Positions 50,631-64,000 of a stretch of DNA of 64,000 bases are shown here, one piece after another. The stretch's first letter is position 1. The number at the start of each line of letters is the position of its first letter. The stretch is from Selaginella moellendorffii (taxonomy: Eukaryota > Plantae > Lycopodiophyta). The position numbers and the translations under genes are program-made. Below the pieces are notes generated by a model. That model did not search any database and was not told the origin of the DNA. It saw only the letters and a program-made list of their open reading frames with translations. Location of the stretch: assembly GCF_000143415.4 (NCBI RefSeq), contig NW_003314261.1, positions 124,001 through 188,000 of the forward strand, in the 5' to 3' direction.

Positions 50631-53600
50631 CAATCTCATCCCATCGAACTAGTGTTCTCCAACCATGTCATCCATGACATGTGATGTGCCTCTAGGCTGG
50701 ACCTGTGGCTGGGCCACATGCTCCTTCAAACCAGTGGAGCACGTCACCACACCTTGCTTCATGTCCCCTAACTTGTGAGCTGTCTTGAGAATCTATCACC
50801 ATACTTCCTTTGCTATATCACATTCCCACATTGCCTGCTACACTGTCTCTACCTCCCACATTCCTTGCAGTGTCAGCTTGTGTCATCCTAGAACCATTGT
50901 CCCATTGGGAGCCCATTATTTGCCATGAGCCAAGAAGTGATCTTGACTTTCTCTTGAAATAGCAGCTTCTAGAAATCCATCATGTTGTCCACCACTTGGT
51001 TTGCGTCAACTTCTTGCTTGATTTGTTTTCTCCATAGCTTTGGGATCTCTCCACGTGCCTCCTCCTTGTTTGTCAACAAGCCACCCCATGCCTCTTTCAC
51101 CTTGAAGGAGAAGAAACCGTTCAAACCTCGCCTCCATTCTATAGGATCCCAATCCAAGTCTTTGATTAGTTGCTACCACCACCACTTGAGTGTGCCATTC
51201 CCCTCAAGCATGGCTAGTGATTGTATAACAACTAGCTGTTTCAATGCCTAGTGGAGCACTCAAATCCTCCCCTTGACCTTGTCGTTAGTCACCATCAGCA
51301 TGTGCTGCTCTTCTCCCATTGGCAGCAGCGTATCCTCCCTTGTCACTGGAAAGGAGCAACCTATATTCCTCTCCAAAGAGACTATGAACCAAACCTCCAC
51401 ATCACCATCTTCCCATGCTGGTGATGGGGCCATGAACACCCGAGTCCACTCACCCAACTTAACTCGTTCTCCATCTGGCTCAACCTCCCATTGTAGCAGT
51501 ACAAAGTCCTTGGGTTTAATGCACCTTCTAGGCCACGGTTGTTCCCTCTTTGCCTTGCCCACAGCTTGGAGGATTTGAAGACGATCTAGGTGCACTTTGC
51601 GACTCCTATCCAGGCTTGCATCCTCTTTGTGGTCTTCCTCCAATCCCTATCTAACACTCCCATGAGCTGTTTTAGTGTCTAAAAGCCCCTTGCATGTAGC
51701 TTCTTCCATATTGTGTAGTGGTCCTCTCTACCCCAGTGTTCGGTTACCAGCTTTGAATAATTTGTTAAAGAATAGTGGCTGGTTCAGCCAATCCTCTGTC
51801 CAATGTGGCATCACATGGCCTATGGGGAGCTCGCTCCACAATCTAAGGATCCCCTGGACAAGGAGGCCAACTTTCACAACCTGTTTCAGACCTTCCACAA
51901 AGGTCCAGCATGAGTCCTCTGCCCATGGTCTCGCCGTATTATGCCTAGGGCAGATCACCAGCAGGCATTGCCTAAACATTAGTCTCCATGGTTGGTTAGG
52001 GCACCATTGTATGTACCTTCTTGAGGGTCATCTCAAGGAGAAGCCAGATTGAGAGATGGTACTAAATGCTTGGTAGGATGATGCTCCTAGTCACTACAAT
52101 TTGCACTGGTAATCCTAGTTTCTTGGGGGCCTGTTTCTGGATTGAGGTGCGAATCTTCCGGAGTAGGGTATCATCCTGCAGTGCCGTGTTGAACTTTGTG
52201 CCTATTTGGATCTCAAGGTACCTGGTGTCCTCTCTAGTCTCAGCCATTGGAAGCCTATTTCTAGGCCCCAAGACTCAATGCCCGGTCTCCCCTAGTTAAT
52301 GCCCACCGACATATTCTAGTTGATTCCCGCGCTAGTAGCAAGATTGAAGGTCTCAAGCGCCTTCTTTGCAGCATCAAGATTCTCCTTTGTTGCAAGTAAG
52401 CACATCATTGTGTCATCTGCAAAGGTTCCATCCAGTAGTTCTCGAGCCACTCCCGATGTACCCAGCAACTACTGTCACACCTCAGAGAGGGTGAGTCCCT
52501 TGATGTTCCCACCACTCGCCAAAAAGTTCCTAAAGCTTCCGCTACCAACAGAAAGAGGTATGGAGCTAGTGGACATTCCTACCTCACCAATCTGCCCAGC
52601 TCAAAACTCTTCCCATTGATTGTGACTTTGTTGGACACCCCATAGTATAGAAGCAAGATTCATGTTACCATCACTCTCGGGATGCCAATCTTTCGCATGT
52701 AGTCCTCCAAGAAGTTCCAATCCACTTGATCATATGCCTTCTCAAAATCCAGAAGCCAGGCCAATATATGTTGATCCAAGACCATTGGGTTTAGGGTTTA
52801 GGGTTTAAACCCTAACCTTGAGCCACCAAATGTTCTCCTCAATTTGCTGCCTTGGGACAAAGCCCATTTGTTGCTCCCATATGATAATTGGCATGACTAG
52901 CTATAGCTGTCATTGCCTTTGTATAGATCTTATATTACATGTTTAGCATGGTGATCGGCTTCCAATTCCTTAACTCCTGGAGGTCCCCTCTCTTGGGAGT
53001 AGCGCAATCTGTCCCTCCAGGAATTCTCTAGGCATGGCTCCAAGTCGATGAGCATCTTTCCATGCCTATAGCAGCAGTAGGCCTAACATCTCCCAGTGGG
53101 CCTCATAGAATGATGAAAGAAGACCATCCATGCCTGGCATCTTATCGTTGCTCAACCTCCCAAGAGCTTCACATAACTTCGTGAGTGTGAAGTCCACCTT
53201 CAGTGAGTCTTGCACTTTGTGGGAGACCCTTTGGGGTAAGGTAGCTAGGACTTCTACTGTTGCACTTTCTCGTGTTGCAGTCCATGGCTGAGCTGTATAG
53301 AGGGCCTGGTAGAACTCCTAAGTGAGGTGCTGCATCCCTTGCTAATCCTCGATAGTACTCCCATTGCCACGTTTCAGTCCCAGGATAGGAGAATTAGTCA
53401 CCAGCTTAATGCCCTTGTAGAAGGCCTTGTTGAGAAGGCATTCATTCCAAGTCCATCCATCCTCCATGGTCTGGACTCTAGTGCTCTATGTTGTGAACTC
53501 CAAACCCCGTAGCTCAGCTTCACACACATCCAACAGTGGCTGCCATTTGTCTGAGTTATGTGTGGGCAGCAGCATCGTATAGGCCGTAGCTACTTGCTGT

Positions 53601-54293
53601 TGGGCAATTCTCACATCCTTGAGCACCTCTCCTTTCAGCTCCTTCTACCACTCCCGCAACTTCTGGGAGCATGTCTGCAGCATCAAGACTACTGCCAGTT
53701 TGTCATTCGTGAGGATTTGGCATATCTGTTCAGTCGCCACAGAATCAGCCAAGGTTGCTTTTTGGATCACACACTGGGTCGCTGTACCCTTCTCCTGTTG
53801 GAGTTTGATTATGCACCTAAGTGGATTATGGTTTGAAAAGGAGGCAAAGCCTGGCCACGTTCATAGGCCTCCACCATCTTGCTGCAACCGAGTTGAGGCA
53901 TATATTCAGTCCAGCCATGATTGAGACATTGCTAATTGGCATCTAGTAAAGGGGTGTATATATGGTACAAAACCCTTTGCATGCTGAAGGTCCACAATAC
54001 CGAGCGCGTCCATGAGCTGACTCCACCTCTTGTTTTCTCGGCCTTGAATGGTTTCCTGCATTCCCCTACGGTTGCACACGTCCTCAACCATGTTGAATCT
54101 CCTAGGACCAGCCATTCATCTGCTTGCCCTTGTGTTGATTGCAAGATGTTTGTCTAGAATTTGGCCTGGTTCTTCTTCCTTGTCGGTGCATAAACATTGA
54201 TTATCCCTACCCATCCAAAGTGAAGGTGTAGCACCAGCAACTGCACTTTACCTAGAACCAGGATGATATGGTTCCCCACTTGGGCCTGTCCAA

Positions 54294-57200
54294 TGTTAGG
54301 CACCAGCTTTGACCATGTGGTCAATGTTGGTCAAAGGGAGGCTCAAGGGTATATTAAGGCATGTTAGAGTAAGGGACTTAACCTACCCTAGGGCTCATAG
54401 TGGAGCAGGGAGCTTTTGAGGTAGCTCGAGAGTGGTGGGTGGTGAGGAACCTCAAGAGGTGGCGTAGCATAGTCTAGGGGGACTAGATAACATTGTCTTT
54501 TTGCGCCAGATCATAATATTGGTATCAAAGTGTTTGTAGAGTCCTTCTGTCGAGAATCATCGTGATGATTGTTGTGGACACAAGGATGGGAACAAACACC
54601 ACAAATTAAAGTTTGTGGTGACTACTTCGGATGTAAAGGGGTCAAAGAAGCAGAAGCTTTTTGTGAAGAATTATAGATAGGGTTGTCATCATTGCAACGA
54701 GCTTGGACACTATAAGGTTGATTGTCCACAGATGAAGAACGAGCTGTAGGGCCAGAAGAATGGCCAATCTTCTACTGACGGTAAGTACGATACTAAAAAG
54801 TTCCAAACTTTGCAGCGTGAGGATGACGAGGACAACTATTCTGGTCAGAGGAAGAGGCTTTTGATCTTTGCTCGTCAACTCAACTGTGTGTGAAATAAGA
54901 TGGAGCTCGAGGATACTCATGAATCGGCTTTAATGCTGGAGGGCATGTTCCGTGGCAGTCCAGTGTGGATTTTACTGGATAGTGAGAGCAATGACAACTT
55001 TGTTTCGGCAAAGTTTGTTGTGGAACATGGCTTGGTCACATGAGAAGTTCTTCCATATACGGTGAAAAGTGCAGCTATCTCTACTCAGCATTTCGATGCT
55101 TGTGTAGAGGGGTTAAAAGTGTTGGTTGGTAAACCCATACTTGTGGAGACTTTTTATCTTATGGATATCCATAGTATGGATCTCAAGGGTTGGTGAAGGT
55201 GGATTCGGAAATAAAGTGGAGTATTAAGCATGTCTCACTGAAGTACGGTGACATTATAGATGTGTGGTTTGGCAAGGGAGTTCAACCTTAGAGTTATTCT
55301 CTATTATTCATGTTTTGCGGATGTGGCAGCACTATCTTTATGGTGTAGTGTTTGTGGTGTTGATGGATCACAAACCACTTATGTATCTTTTCACATAGGA
55401 GTTGAACACTAGGCAAACTCATTAGATGGTCAAACTTATGGAGTTTGGGGAGTTTCCTATTGAGTATCATCCAGGAAAATCAAATATGGTGGTGAATGCT
55501 TTATCTTATATTCGTCATATGATGGCATTAAAAACACGGTTTTGTCATCATTTGAGTAAAGTGGTTAGCAAGTTTGGGCAATTGGTTGAGCATGCTCAGA
55601 CTCAAGATGCTAAAGTGGCTTTTTTGTGTGACCAAATAGAAGCCCCTTTCTCATTGGTGGATAGGATTCTTTATTATAATGGCTGTGTATATTTGCCATG
55701 GGTGGATGCATGTTTTATTACTCAAGTTTTATTCCACTATCATGATTGTCCGAAAGCCGGTTATTTTGGGGGGAAGAAGACATATAAGTTGATTAAGCGC
55801 AATTTTTATTGGAGGAATATAAAAGCTGATATCCTCGAGTATTGTAAATCATGTGAGCTTTGTCAGTGGATTAAGGTGCCACGGGAGAAGCTGGGGGGAC
55901 TTTTGCAACCTTTACCTATTTCTTAGAGTTGTTGGTGTGTGTATTTCTCTATGGACTTCATCATTTGTTTGCCATGCACACAGAGGCAAAAGGAGCAAGT
56001 ATGGGTCATAGTGGATCGATTGACAAAGTATGTGTGGTTGTTGGCTCTTCAAAAGACTGTCATTGCTCTAGACTTGGCTGTAGTCTAGTTGGAGAAGGTT
56101 TTTCCTAATTTTGGTTTACCAGAAGACATCATTAGTGATGGAGATTCAAAGTTCACAAGTGGATTTTGGAAGAGTTTTGTGAAAGCTATGCAAGTGACTT
56201 TGAAAATTTCAAGTGGAGATCATTCTCAAACAAATGGGCAAACCAAGTGTGTGAATTAGGTGGTGGAGGATATGTTACATTGTAGTGTTGGTCAAAGGCA
56301 AGGATAGTGGGATTTATATCTTCTGTTAGTGCAATTTGCTTACAATAATAGCCACACAGTGGAACCAAGTTAAGTCTTTACTTTGCCATGTTTGGAAGGC
56401 ATCTTTAAATAGTAATGGAGTTGGGATTGCATTTGAATAACGATGTTCAAGATAGGTTTGATTCAAAGGCAACTGATTTGGCCATAGAATCTGATGAGAT
56501 TCTAGTGGTGTGCAAATAGAATTTGTAGGTAGCTCAGGATAGAGTAGAGAAGTTTACTAATGAGCATCGCCAATTCCAGGAATATAAGGTGGGTGATCTT
56601 GTCTTTGTGTGAGTAATCTTTCCGTTAATTAAGCGGTGGAACACCTTGAATGCTTTATTTCATTAAAGTGGGATTTTTCATTATCCCACTTATGGTGTGT
56701 GGCCACATGCCATTTTTATAACAACAATAAAAAATTGAAGTTTTAACTTTATAAGTTATAAATTAAAAACTTTTCATATGATTTTGTGTTATAATATTGT
56801 GAAATATAAAAAAATAAATTAAAAAACTGATAGAAATATTAATAAATATTAATTAAGTACTAGGAAATGGCATGTGGACACATGCTAATTAATGTCCCAC
56901 TTTACTGAATAAGTCCCACTTTAACGAAATAAAGCATTTGATGCCTTTATGAACAGGGAAGAGTGATAAACTTTTCCATCGATATGTTAGTCCATATGAA
57001 GTGCTAAAACACATTGGTAAAGTAGCTTATTAGGTGCGGCCACCAGCTAGGGTGAAAATTCATTCGGTATTTTATGTTAGCCAATTGAAAGGTGTACTAT
57101 CTTGGAGTGTCGGGCCCAATGCCTCTTTGATGTATACAGCTATGGAAGATGGACCAGGAGCTTGAGTAGGGTTCCCAAGAAAGGGTGATCACCGGTACAA

Positions 57201-57449
57201 TTCGTCCTTGGGACAAAGACTTTGTTGGGGGGGAAAGAATTGTTAGGCGCCAGTTTTGACCACATGGTCAACATTGGTCAAAGGGAGGCTCAAGGGTATA
57301 TTAAGACCCTAGGGCTCACAGTGGAGCGACAGCATAGTGGAGCTCTTGAGGTAGCTCAGGGGTGGTTGGGTGGTGAGGAACCTCAAGAGGTGGCATATCA
57401 TAGTCTAGGGGGACTAGATAACATTATCTTTTTGCACTGGATCATAACA
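54294..57449 (+). mobile_element. Short-LTR Gypsy copy 3, internally deleted (most of gag and RT missing)
   Basis: LTRs 54294-54518 and 57241-57449, TSD TCCAA, PBS and PPT present, protease and integrase relics. Hosts a MITE. Confidence 0.93.
56650..56937. mobile_element. 288-bp MITE, copy 2
   Basis: Same TIRs as 151-438, TSD TTGA. The empty site is visible in Gypsy copy 1 at ~11645-11665. Confidence 0.95.
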
Positions 57450-57966
57450 TCCAAAATGAAGGTGTAGCTAGCATCAGCAATTGCACTTTACCTGAAACTA
57501 GGATGACATGGTTCCCCACTTGGGCCGACCATCATGTTGACACAATGAATGCTATGCCACCTTCTGGCTTGGTCATTGCTTCAACTGCCAAGTTCCACCA
57601 GAGCTTCCCTCACATTCTCAGATTGAAGTCTGGGGCCTCTATCATTTTGTGCTCTTGTATGCATAGAATGAAAATCTTTCCTTCCATTCCTAGATCCTGG
57701 ATGTGGGATTTGAGTTGTACACGCTTGTTGATCCTGCTATCTGTTGAGCTGAGTCCTCAGCAATTCCATATGATGATTGTGAGTGTCATCATGCAGACAC
57801 ATACTTCTAGGAAAACATGGTATTACAAGGTCTAGCCCTCCATTCTATGGAAATCATCCACACTACAGTCATCTTCCCTTTGTTCTTTGCCCACGAAAAT
57901 CCAAGCATGGTGTAGTTAGTGAATCTTGTCTATTCAGTGATGGCACTCTCCATGTGTGTTTGGTAG

Positions 57967-58472
57967 TGTAGCACATGTGGTTTTTACCCTTTATCCTATG
58001 ATAATTTACTATAGAATAACACCACGAAGCGGAACTTAAACCCTCTTTGTGCCATGTGTCACATGCCACGTGTCTAAAGGATAGTGGTGTGGAACCCAAG
58101 TTTCAAAGCCTTGGGCCACTGAACGAAGGAATGGTGCCAAAATCTCAAGCATGGAGCCAAAGAGTGATGGAATTGAACCACGGAGTAACTCTCGAGCATA
58201 CAGCCCAAGGAGCGAAGGGACAGGAGCCCGGAGCGACTTGGAACAGTCCTAGAGCAACCAGCATCGCAATGCCAAGACTAGCACGCAAAATGGAGCCAAA
58301 CAGAGTTTGGCGCTATTTTGGCATACCGGTGGCCTAACATGAGGATATGGGTACTCCACCAGCTAGCATGGAATGGAACTTGGGCTTAGACCCAAGTTGG
58401 ATGCAAAGCAAGGACAGGCACGCAAGTAGGAGCTAGACTATGCCTCAGGTTGGTCAGCCATGCCTGACCTAC
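57967..58472 (-). mobile_element. LTR of the third family, interrupted by the long-LTR element
   Basis: Reverse complement of ~18140-18640. Confidence 0.85.
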
Positions 58473-61400
58473 TGTGAGACACAAAATCCCTAGGCCCCAA
58501 AGTGGAGCCGGAAGGGCGCCACATGGTAGTGGCCGAAGCGAGAGCCAAACGAGCGTAACACGTTTGGACCAAAAGCTCCGACTTGAAAAGTCAAGAGCGG
58601 GAGTGGAACTCCCAACGAAGTGCTCGAGGAACGAGCACGAAGCGAGCAAAAGGCAAGGCTCCAAAAAGGGACCCGAGATGGACCCGAGATGGAGTCCGAG
58701 ATAGAGTCCGAGATGGACCCGAGATGGACCCAAGATGGAGTCCGAGATGGAGTCTGAGATGGAGTCCGAGATGGACCCAAGATGGAGTCTGAGATGGAGT
58801 CTGAGATGGAGTCCGAGATGGACCCGAGATGGAGTCCAAGATGGAGTCCGAGATGGACCCGAGATGGACCCGAAATGGAGTCCGAGATGGAGTCCGAGAT
58901 GGACCCAAAATGGAGTCCGAGATGGAGTCCGAGATGGACCCGAGATGGAGTCCGAGATGGAGTCCGAGATGGACCCGAGATGGACCCGAGATGGAGTCCG
59001 AGACGGAGTCCGAGATGGAGTCCGAAGTCGAGACCGAGACCGAGACCGAGACCGAGATCGGGACCGAGACCGAGACCGAGGCCGAGGCCGAGACCGAGCC
59101 CGAGCCCGAGTCCGAGTCTGGATCCGAATCCGAGTCCGAGTCCGAGTCCGAGTCCGAGTCCGAGTCCGGAGCCTGAGAGGGTGAAAGCCCAAAGCGTTCG
59201 TCTCCCAGACCCTGGGGGGTTTGGTGAGCTCCAAAAGTATAGTAGGGGGAGGACTGCAGTGGAGCCAGTTTGGCCAGGAAAGGCCAGTTTGGCCCAGGAA
59301 GGCCGGACCCAGTGTTGGGTGATGAGCTGCCCACTGGGAAGTCCAAGACTAGAGTGAACACGGACCGACAAGCGGGGTAGCTTGGTGAAGTGTTCAAGAG
59401 CCGGCTCTAGTTTCCCCGGGAGATCGACTGGCCGATGCTCCCAGTCCAAGTGTGGATGGCACTACCTACTTGGATACCAGGCGTGGCTCAACAGAACCTC
59501 GCTCTAAGCCCATGGCTAGAGCACCTAAAGGCGAAAGGCGGGGAGAGTACCCAGGTGGCTCACGTAAGGCCACGGTGTTCCGAGATGTTGTCCCAAAGGC
59601 CTAGACTGTGGAAAGGAAGAGGACCAGTCCTCTGGGGTAGTGACCAAGGATACAGTCGTGTGGTGAGGAAGTCCCAGAGGACCGTGGGACTTAGTGGTCA
59701 AGCCTGTGGGCCTCGATCCAGTGGCAGTGTTGGCAAACACAGCCAGGGGCAGAAAGGGACTTGGTAGGAACTGACAAAGGGACTTTGGGGAAGGCAATTC
59801 CCCCGATCTGTGGGCATCCTAAGGATGCTAAGGAGTGGATCTAGGATGACCACTCGTGGACAGATGGCCCAGTCTTGGAGAGCCAAGACTGTGATGCAAG
59901 TGGTATTGGACTACCAGTGTGGCAAAGGTGATTGGGCATGGCCTTAGCGTAACGGGCTGCTATGTCGGTGGTACCTTTGAGTGTCGGTCATGGGACCGGA
60001 CACGTGGAGCACTTGGACCAGGTGCAGGTGTTGAGTGGCATGGATGCCATTCTTGGGGCTAGCAAGTCCCAAGTCCTGAATTGGACTGATGGAGGTTGTG
60101 AATGAGACTCCTCCAAGTGGCCAGAGGTGTGGTTAAGTGACTAAAGTAGAATGGAAAAATTAGTCGCTTACATTTGGTATCAGAGCGGTCTCGGGTCCGA
60201 CTCTGTTGGTTGGCTAAGGGAATCACACCACATGTTGATTGACATCTAGCTGGTCCAGTTTGCTCGTGCTGGGCTCGACCCGAGGGGTAGGGTGTCAAGA
60301 GAGCGGGGCTCTCGGGAGAGCTGCGGCTCTCAGCTTCCGTTCACGAGGGCGTGAACTTGTAGGGAAGCGTGGTGGATTGTAAGCAACCAAAGAAAACGAC
60401 TTGAGAGACGATCCATGGGGTTCAAATATAGAGGGAAAGGGCCCATGAACAAGAGTGCACCCCCTTTTTCAATCGATTAAGGGTCTTGGGATATTTGGGG
60501 TTAAGCGTCCTTGGGTTTGAATAGTACTGGGCTGGGTGACCTCTCGGGAAGTCCAAACTCAGGAGCTTACATTTGGTATCGGAGCTGTTCCTTAGTCCGA
60601 CTTTTATTGGTGCTCAAGTATATCACCACTAGTGTTGGCATCGGAAGGTCCGAGGAGTGGGCCTATCCTTGAGGAGTAGCAAGTCGGGAAGACATGGCTC
60701 TCCATTACAGTTCACGTGTGAACTTGTAGACGAGGTGGTGGATAGAAAAGGGCCAATAATGGAACGACTTTGGGATCTTGGGAACAGTATATGGTTTTCC
60801 TCAAAGAGTTGAGGATGTGATCCAGATGAGCGTTTGACTTAGCAAACTGGCTAATGTAGTTGTGGTAAACAACTACAGTTGGGATCACGGGAAAGATAAA
60901 GACTCCAAAGCAATAAAGGAGTCACAAGATTTTCCTCATATAGTTGAGGTTGGTGCTCATGAATGTGAGACCAGAAGTAATGACCGTGGGAGGTCAAATA
61001 CGGAAGAGGACTCAAGTCCTTGAAAAGGTAGTCGGGGCTACCTCTAATAAATGCTGGAACAACCCCAGGAGTTGGGGGTGTATTAAGTGGATGAGTTGGT
61101 GTTCTCATCACATGGACAAGTAGTCCTAAGGGGCAAAGGTTGCCCCCAGAGAACAAAATCAAGTGTCGGAGTAGCACTTGTGAAAATAGTCCTTTTGAGT
61201 AGGACAGGAATGCAAGAAGTGTATTCCAGTGAGCTAGGGCCTCACAAGTAGGACCTTACGGGTCTATGGATTAACCAAGTCCAAAACTGCTGGATGACTC
61301 AAGTAGAGTCAACGGATGGTCCTAAAAGGACTGATGGAAGCATTTGGATTGAGGTGTGTTGTACCCCACAAAGGATGGGGGGGGGATCATAGGATCCAAG

Positions 61401-64000
61401 GATGAGAACAGAGGGTATCTCATCGATGGCAAAATATGCCATGCTAAAGTTATGGGAAAGGTGTTCCTAGAAGAAAACAACTTTGACATAAAGTTGTGTG
61501 TGACCTCTATGGTGCAGTGCTAACGGATGGTTGGCATGAGAAAGAGCAGTGTTGGTCTTGGCAAAAACTTAGACACGAAGGGGAAATGTCATAGAGGTAG
61601 GCTCGTGGAGCCGATGGTGTGGAGACACCAAATGTGCCAAGGTGTGATACCTTGAGGCTATGTTGGTGGGTTCATGAGAACCCCTTGCCAAAGGAATCCC
61701 AATGGAAATGGGAATAGCATAGCCTAAGCTGCAGAGCATGTAGTTGGAGTGTGGTGACCCAGATAATGATGGAGGTGTGAAAGCACCAAGCAATGAGTTG
61801 TAGGACTTGACAACTATGAGGCAACTAAGCAAGAGGTGCAAAATAACTGGTTAAACGGGTAGAAGGTAACTACCCAAGACTTCTTAATAGCATAGGGAAG
61901 TTGGATATACCCTTATGGGGGATAAGTTGCTTGTGTTGCGATATAGTAAGTCAATGTCATAAAAGGAAATACTCATTGTCAAGAAAGCCATCATTGGGAC
62001 GCCCGAACACTCTAGAACACCAGAAGGTGGTGTTTGATGTCGCGAGGGCAATGGATAAAGCCCAAGGGACTAAGTCCCTAGCGAATGATGGATAGAAGGT
62101 GCTATCCAAATGTCCAAGGTTGCGGAGACAGGAGAGGACTGTCTACCCGAGTTGGACAAAGCCAAAAATGGAATTTTGGCAAGGCTAGTGATGGGTATGT
62201 AAAGGCCCATAAGCAACAATGTAATCCCAGTGTGTTGGATTATAAGGTGAGCATACCCAGATTGAGGAACCACTCCTTAGGCTATTGGGTAGGTTCATCC
62301 CTAAGAATACTTGCTAAAGCATGATAGAAAGTGCGAAGCTATCCTCCTAGTCTGGAGGAGAATGACCAAAGGAAAGGTGTGAAGCCAAAAAGCAAGAAGT
62401 AAGGGGATAGAACCGAACCATAGGAATCAAAGGGCATAACCAAGGTTGGTTATGCCAGCTGGGAGTGGAGAATCAAGAGGGTGCTCGAGGATGTTGTTGC
62501 TAGCAACTGTGATGCCATAGAGAGTCTAAAACATGGAATTGTCCATGTTAGACTATATGGCAACTATAAAGCTTGCGAAAGGGGAGGCCTTAGCAAGTTG
62601 AGGGACAGAGTTCCTTCAAGGTTCCCAAAGACGATTCTATGTAGCGTAGTACCTAGAAAGGCCAAGTGTAAATGGTTCATGGAACGCGCGAAATCAGAGT
62701 GGCGCAGCAGAAGCGTGGTCTTGAAGCTTGCCATGAGGCAAGGTTATCAAGGTTAGGGAAGTAGTTCCCGAGTGTTCAAAGAGAGGGCTTTGAACGAAAG
62801 TCGATGGTCAAGGACTTTCACGCTTATGCAGGAACCATGTTACAATGGTTGGAGAACTTGCCAAGTGAGATTGGCACGTTGGGGGAACAAAGACCCTAGT
62901 TGAAGGTGATAACTTCAAAAAGGGTGGGCCATGGGGCCGAGCATGGAGGAGTCCATGCATGATCACAGACATGTCAAGTGAGAGGACTTGGCAGTGTGGA
63001 GGAACTAGGTTCCTAAGCTGTGATCTGTAGCGCGTTTTAAAAATAAGTTGGTGCACCGGCGTGGGGAGTCACGCCAGGCATCTAGTGTGATGCCGTCCGT
63101 AGATGCATATACGGAGGTTGGGTTCGAGTCCCGACCCTCTAGTGCTTGGGTTCGAGTCCCAAATCACTAGGGCGCGGTGATGGTTTGGAATATGAGGACA
63201 CTCATATTTCGGTGGTCATGGACTCTCAGTGGGGAGACTAGTTTGGGCACACCGCCAAGCGAGGGATGCCTCGGAGTCGTGATGCACGGTTAGATTGCTT
63301 AGTGTGAAAGCTCGGCATATCTAACTTGAACGCTTTGGTGCAAGTGGCACCAAGGTCGTGGTGAGTGAGATGGGGACACCTAATCTCAGTTGCTATGAAC
63401 CCTTGGCCGTAAGGGCTAGCTTGGGTGCACCGCCAAGTGTGGGGGATGCCCCCGGGGTTATAGTCAACAACTTGGAAGTCTAGAAGACCAAGTACCTCTT
63501 GGCAACTCGGTTAAGGTGCCAAGGTGAGATCACTAGGTGATCTTATGGCCAGATAAGGACAAGGTCCTTGGTTGGCTAAGGAATGAAGTTCATGGTTCAA
63601 AATGTTGAAATTGAACTGTTTAAGGTGGTGTGGCTTGGTCGTGATAACCAAGTGGGAAGAGCACCTAAGGGAAATAAACTATGTCCGTGCGATGGCATAG
63701 TGAGTCCGAGGAAAGTAGTCTCTATAAAAGACCCATGGGAGGGTCACGAAGTTGGGCCGTGGATAGAGCCCATAGCAGAAGATGCTAAAGAGACGTACTA
63801 GGGGTGACGTACTAGGGGTGACGTACTAGGGGTGAACGTCCTCCGGACTTGGCAAAGAAGAGTCTTTGCTATGGAACCGAAACAATACCTCAAGGAGGGA
63901 GGTAGAGATTCGATATTGCTTGGTGCAACAATCAACGGATAGGAGCAAAAGATGAGTGGCCAAGATAGGGCCGTGGAATCCCTTGGAAGGAATCCAAGTG
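58473..64000 (+). mobile_element. Young long-LTR element: 5' LTR 58473-60172, PBS and apparently non-coding internal region running off the window (LARD-like)
   Basis: TG...CA LTR followed by TTTGGTATCAGAGC. No gag/pol ORF in 3.8 kb of internal sequence. Confidence 0.85.

Larger units (their letters stand above)
50640..57966 (-). mobile_element. Degenerate L1-type LINE ORF2, interrupted by Gypsy copy 3
   Basis: Minus-strand motifs KMPGMDGL, NWKPITMLN, LLDFEKAYDQVDW, FADDT and RYL. Resumes at 57455 after the insertion. Short TTTAGGG/CCCTAA insert at ~52787-52817. Confidence 0.85.

Noticed and set aside
54214-57530. ~78-bp direct repeat flanking Gypsy copy 3 as an unusually long TSD
   Set aside because: The true TSD is TCCAA. 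The two longer copies are diverged and best read as an older tandem duplication in the LINE.
63116-63165. tRNA gene
   Set aside because: Only T-arm-like hairpins are present, with no acceptor stem, D-arm or anticodon arm.
63794-63835. 3 x 14-bp tandem ACGTACTAGGGGTG
   Set aside because: Single copy in the homolog at ~25052-25065, so a local slippage event.

Overview
Repeat-dense, gene-poor land-plant nuclear DNA. TTTAGGG motifs, an LRR-receptor relic and ~47-57 nt GT-AG introns suggest a small-intron plant such as a lycophyte (inference). Most of the window is nested retroelement debris: three copies of a short-LTR Ty3/Gypsy family, five LTR copies of a long-LTR family with an internal minisatellite, a third LTR family, Copia and Gypsy fragments, and L1-type LINE relics. 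The notable content is three unrelated loci that each encode a ParB/Sulfiredoxin-like domain fused to a divergent beta-class (N6_N4-type) DNA methyltransferase fold, and each sits with its own palindrome array. Locus C is a complete 12,336-bp TIR transposon (30391-42726, 24-bp TIRs, CTCA target duplication). It carries a Sola/DUF7869-type transposase head-to-head with a ParB-MTase-like gene that runs into an FCP1-like phosphatase domain, and about 20 copies of the palindrome ATGGCRTG-N6-CAYGCCAT, many inside its tiny introns. It is inserted into the ParB-MTase gene of locus B, a Mutator-like element with the same head-to-head layout and six copies of a different 8-6-8 palindrome, GTCGGTTC-N6-GAACCGAC. 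Locus A (2.4-6 kb) is a third ParB-MTase relic with a palindromic tandem array upstream. Two 288-bp MITEs related to element C keep only the ends plus two of the palindromes. All domain calls come from motifs recognised by eye and need profile searches to confirm.
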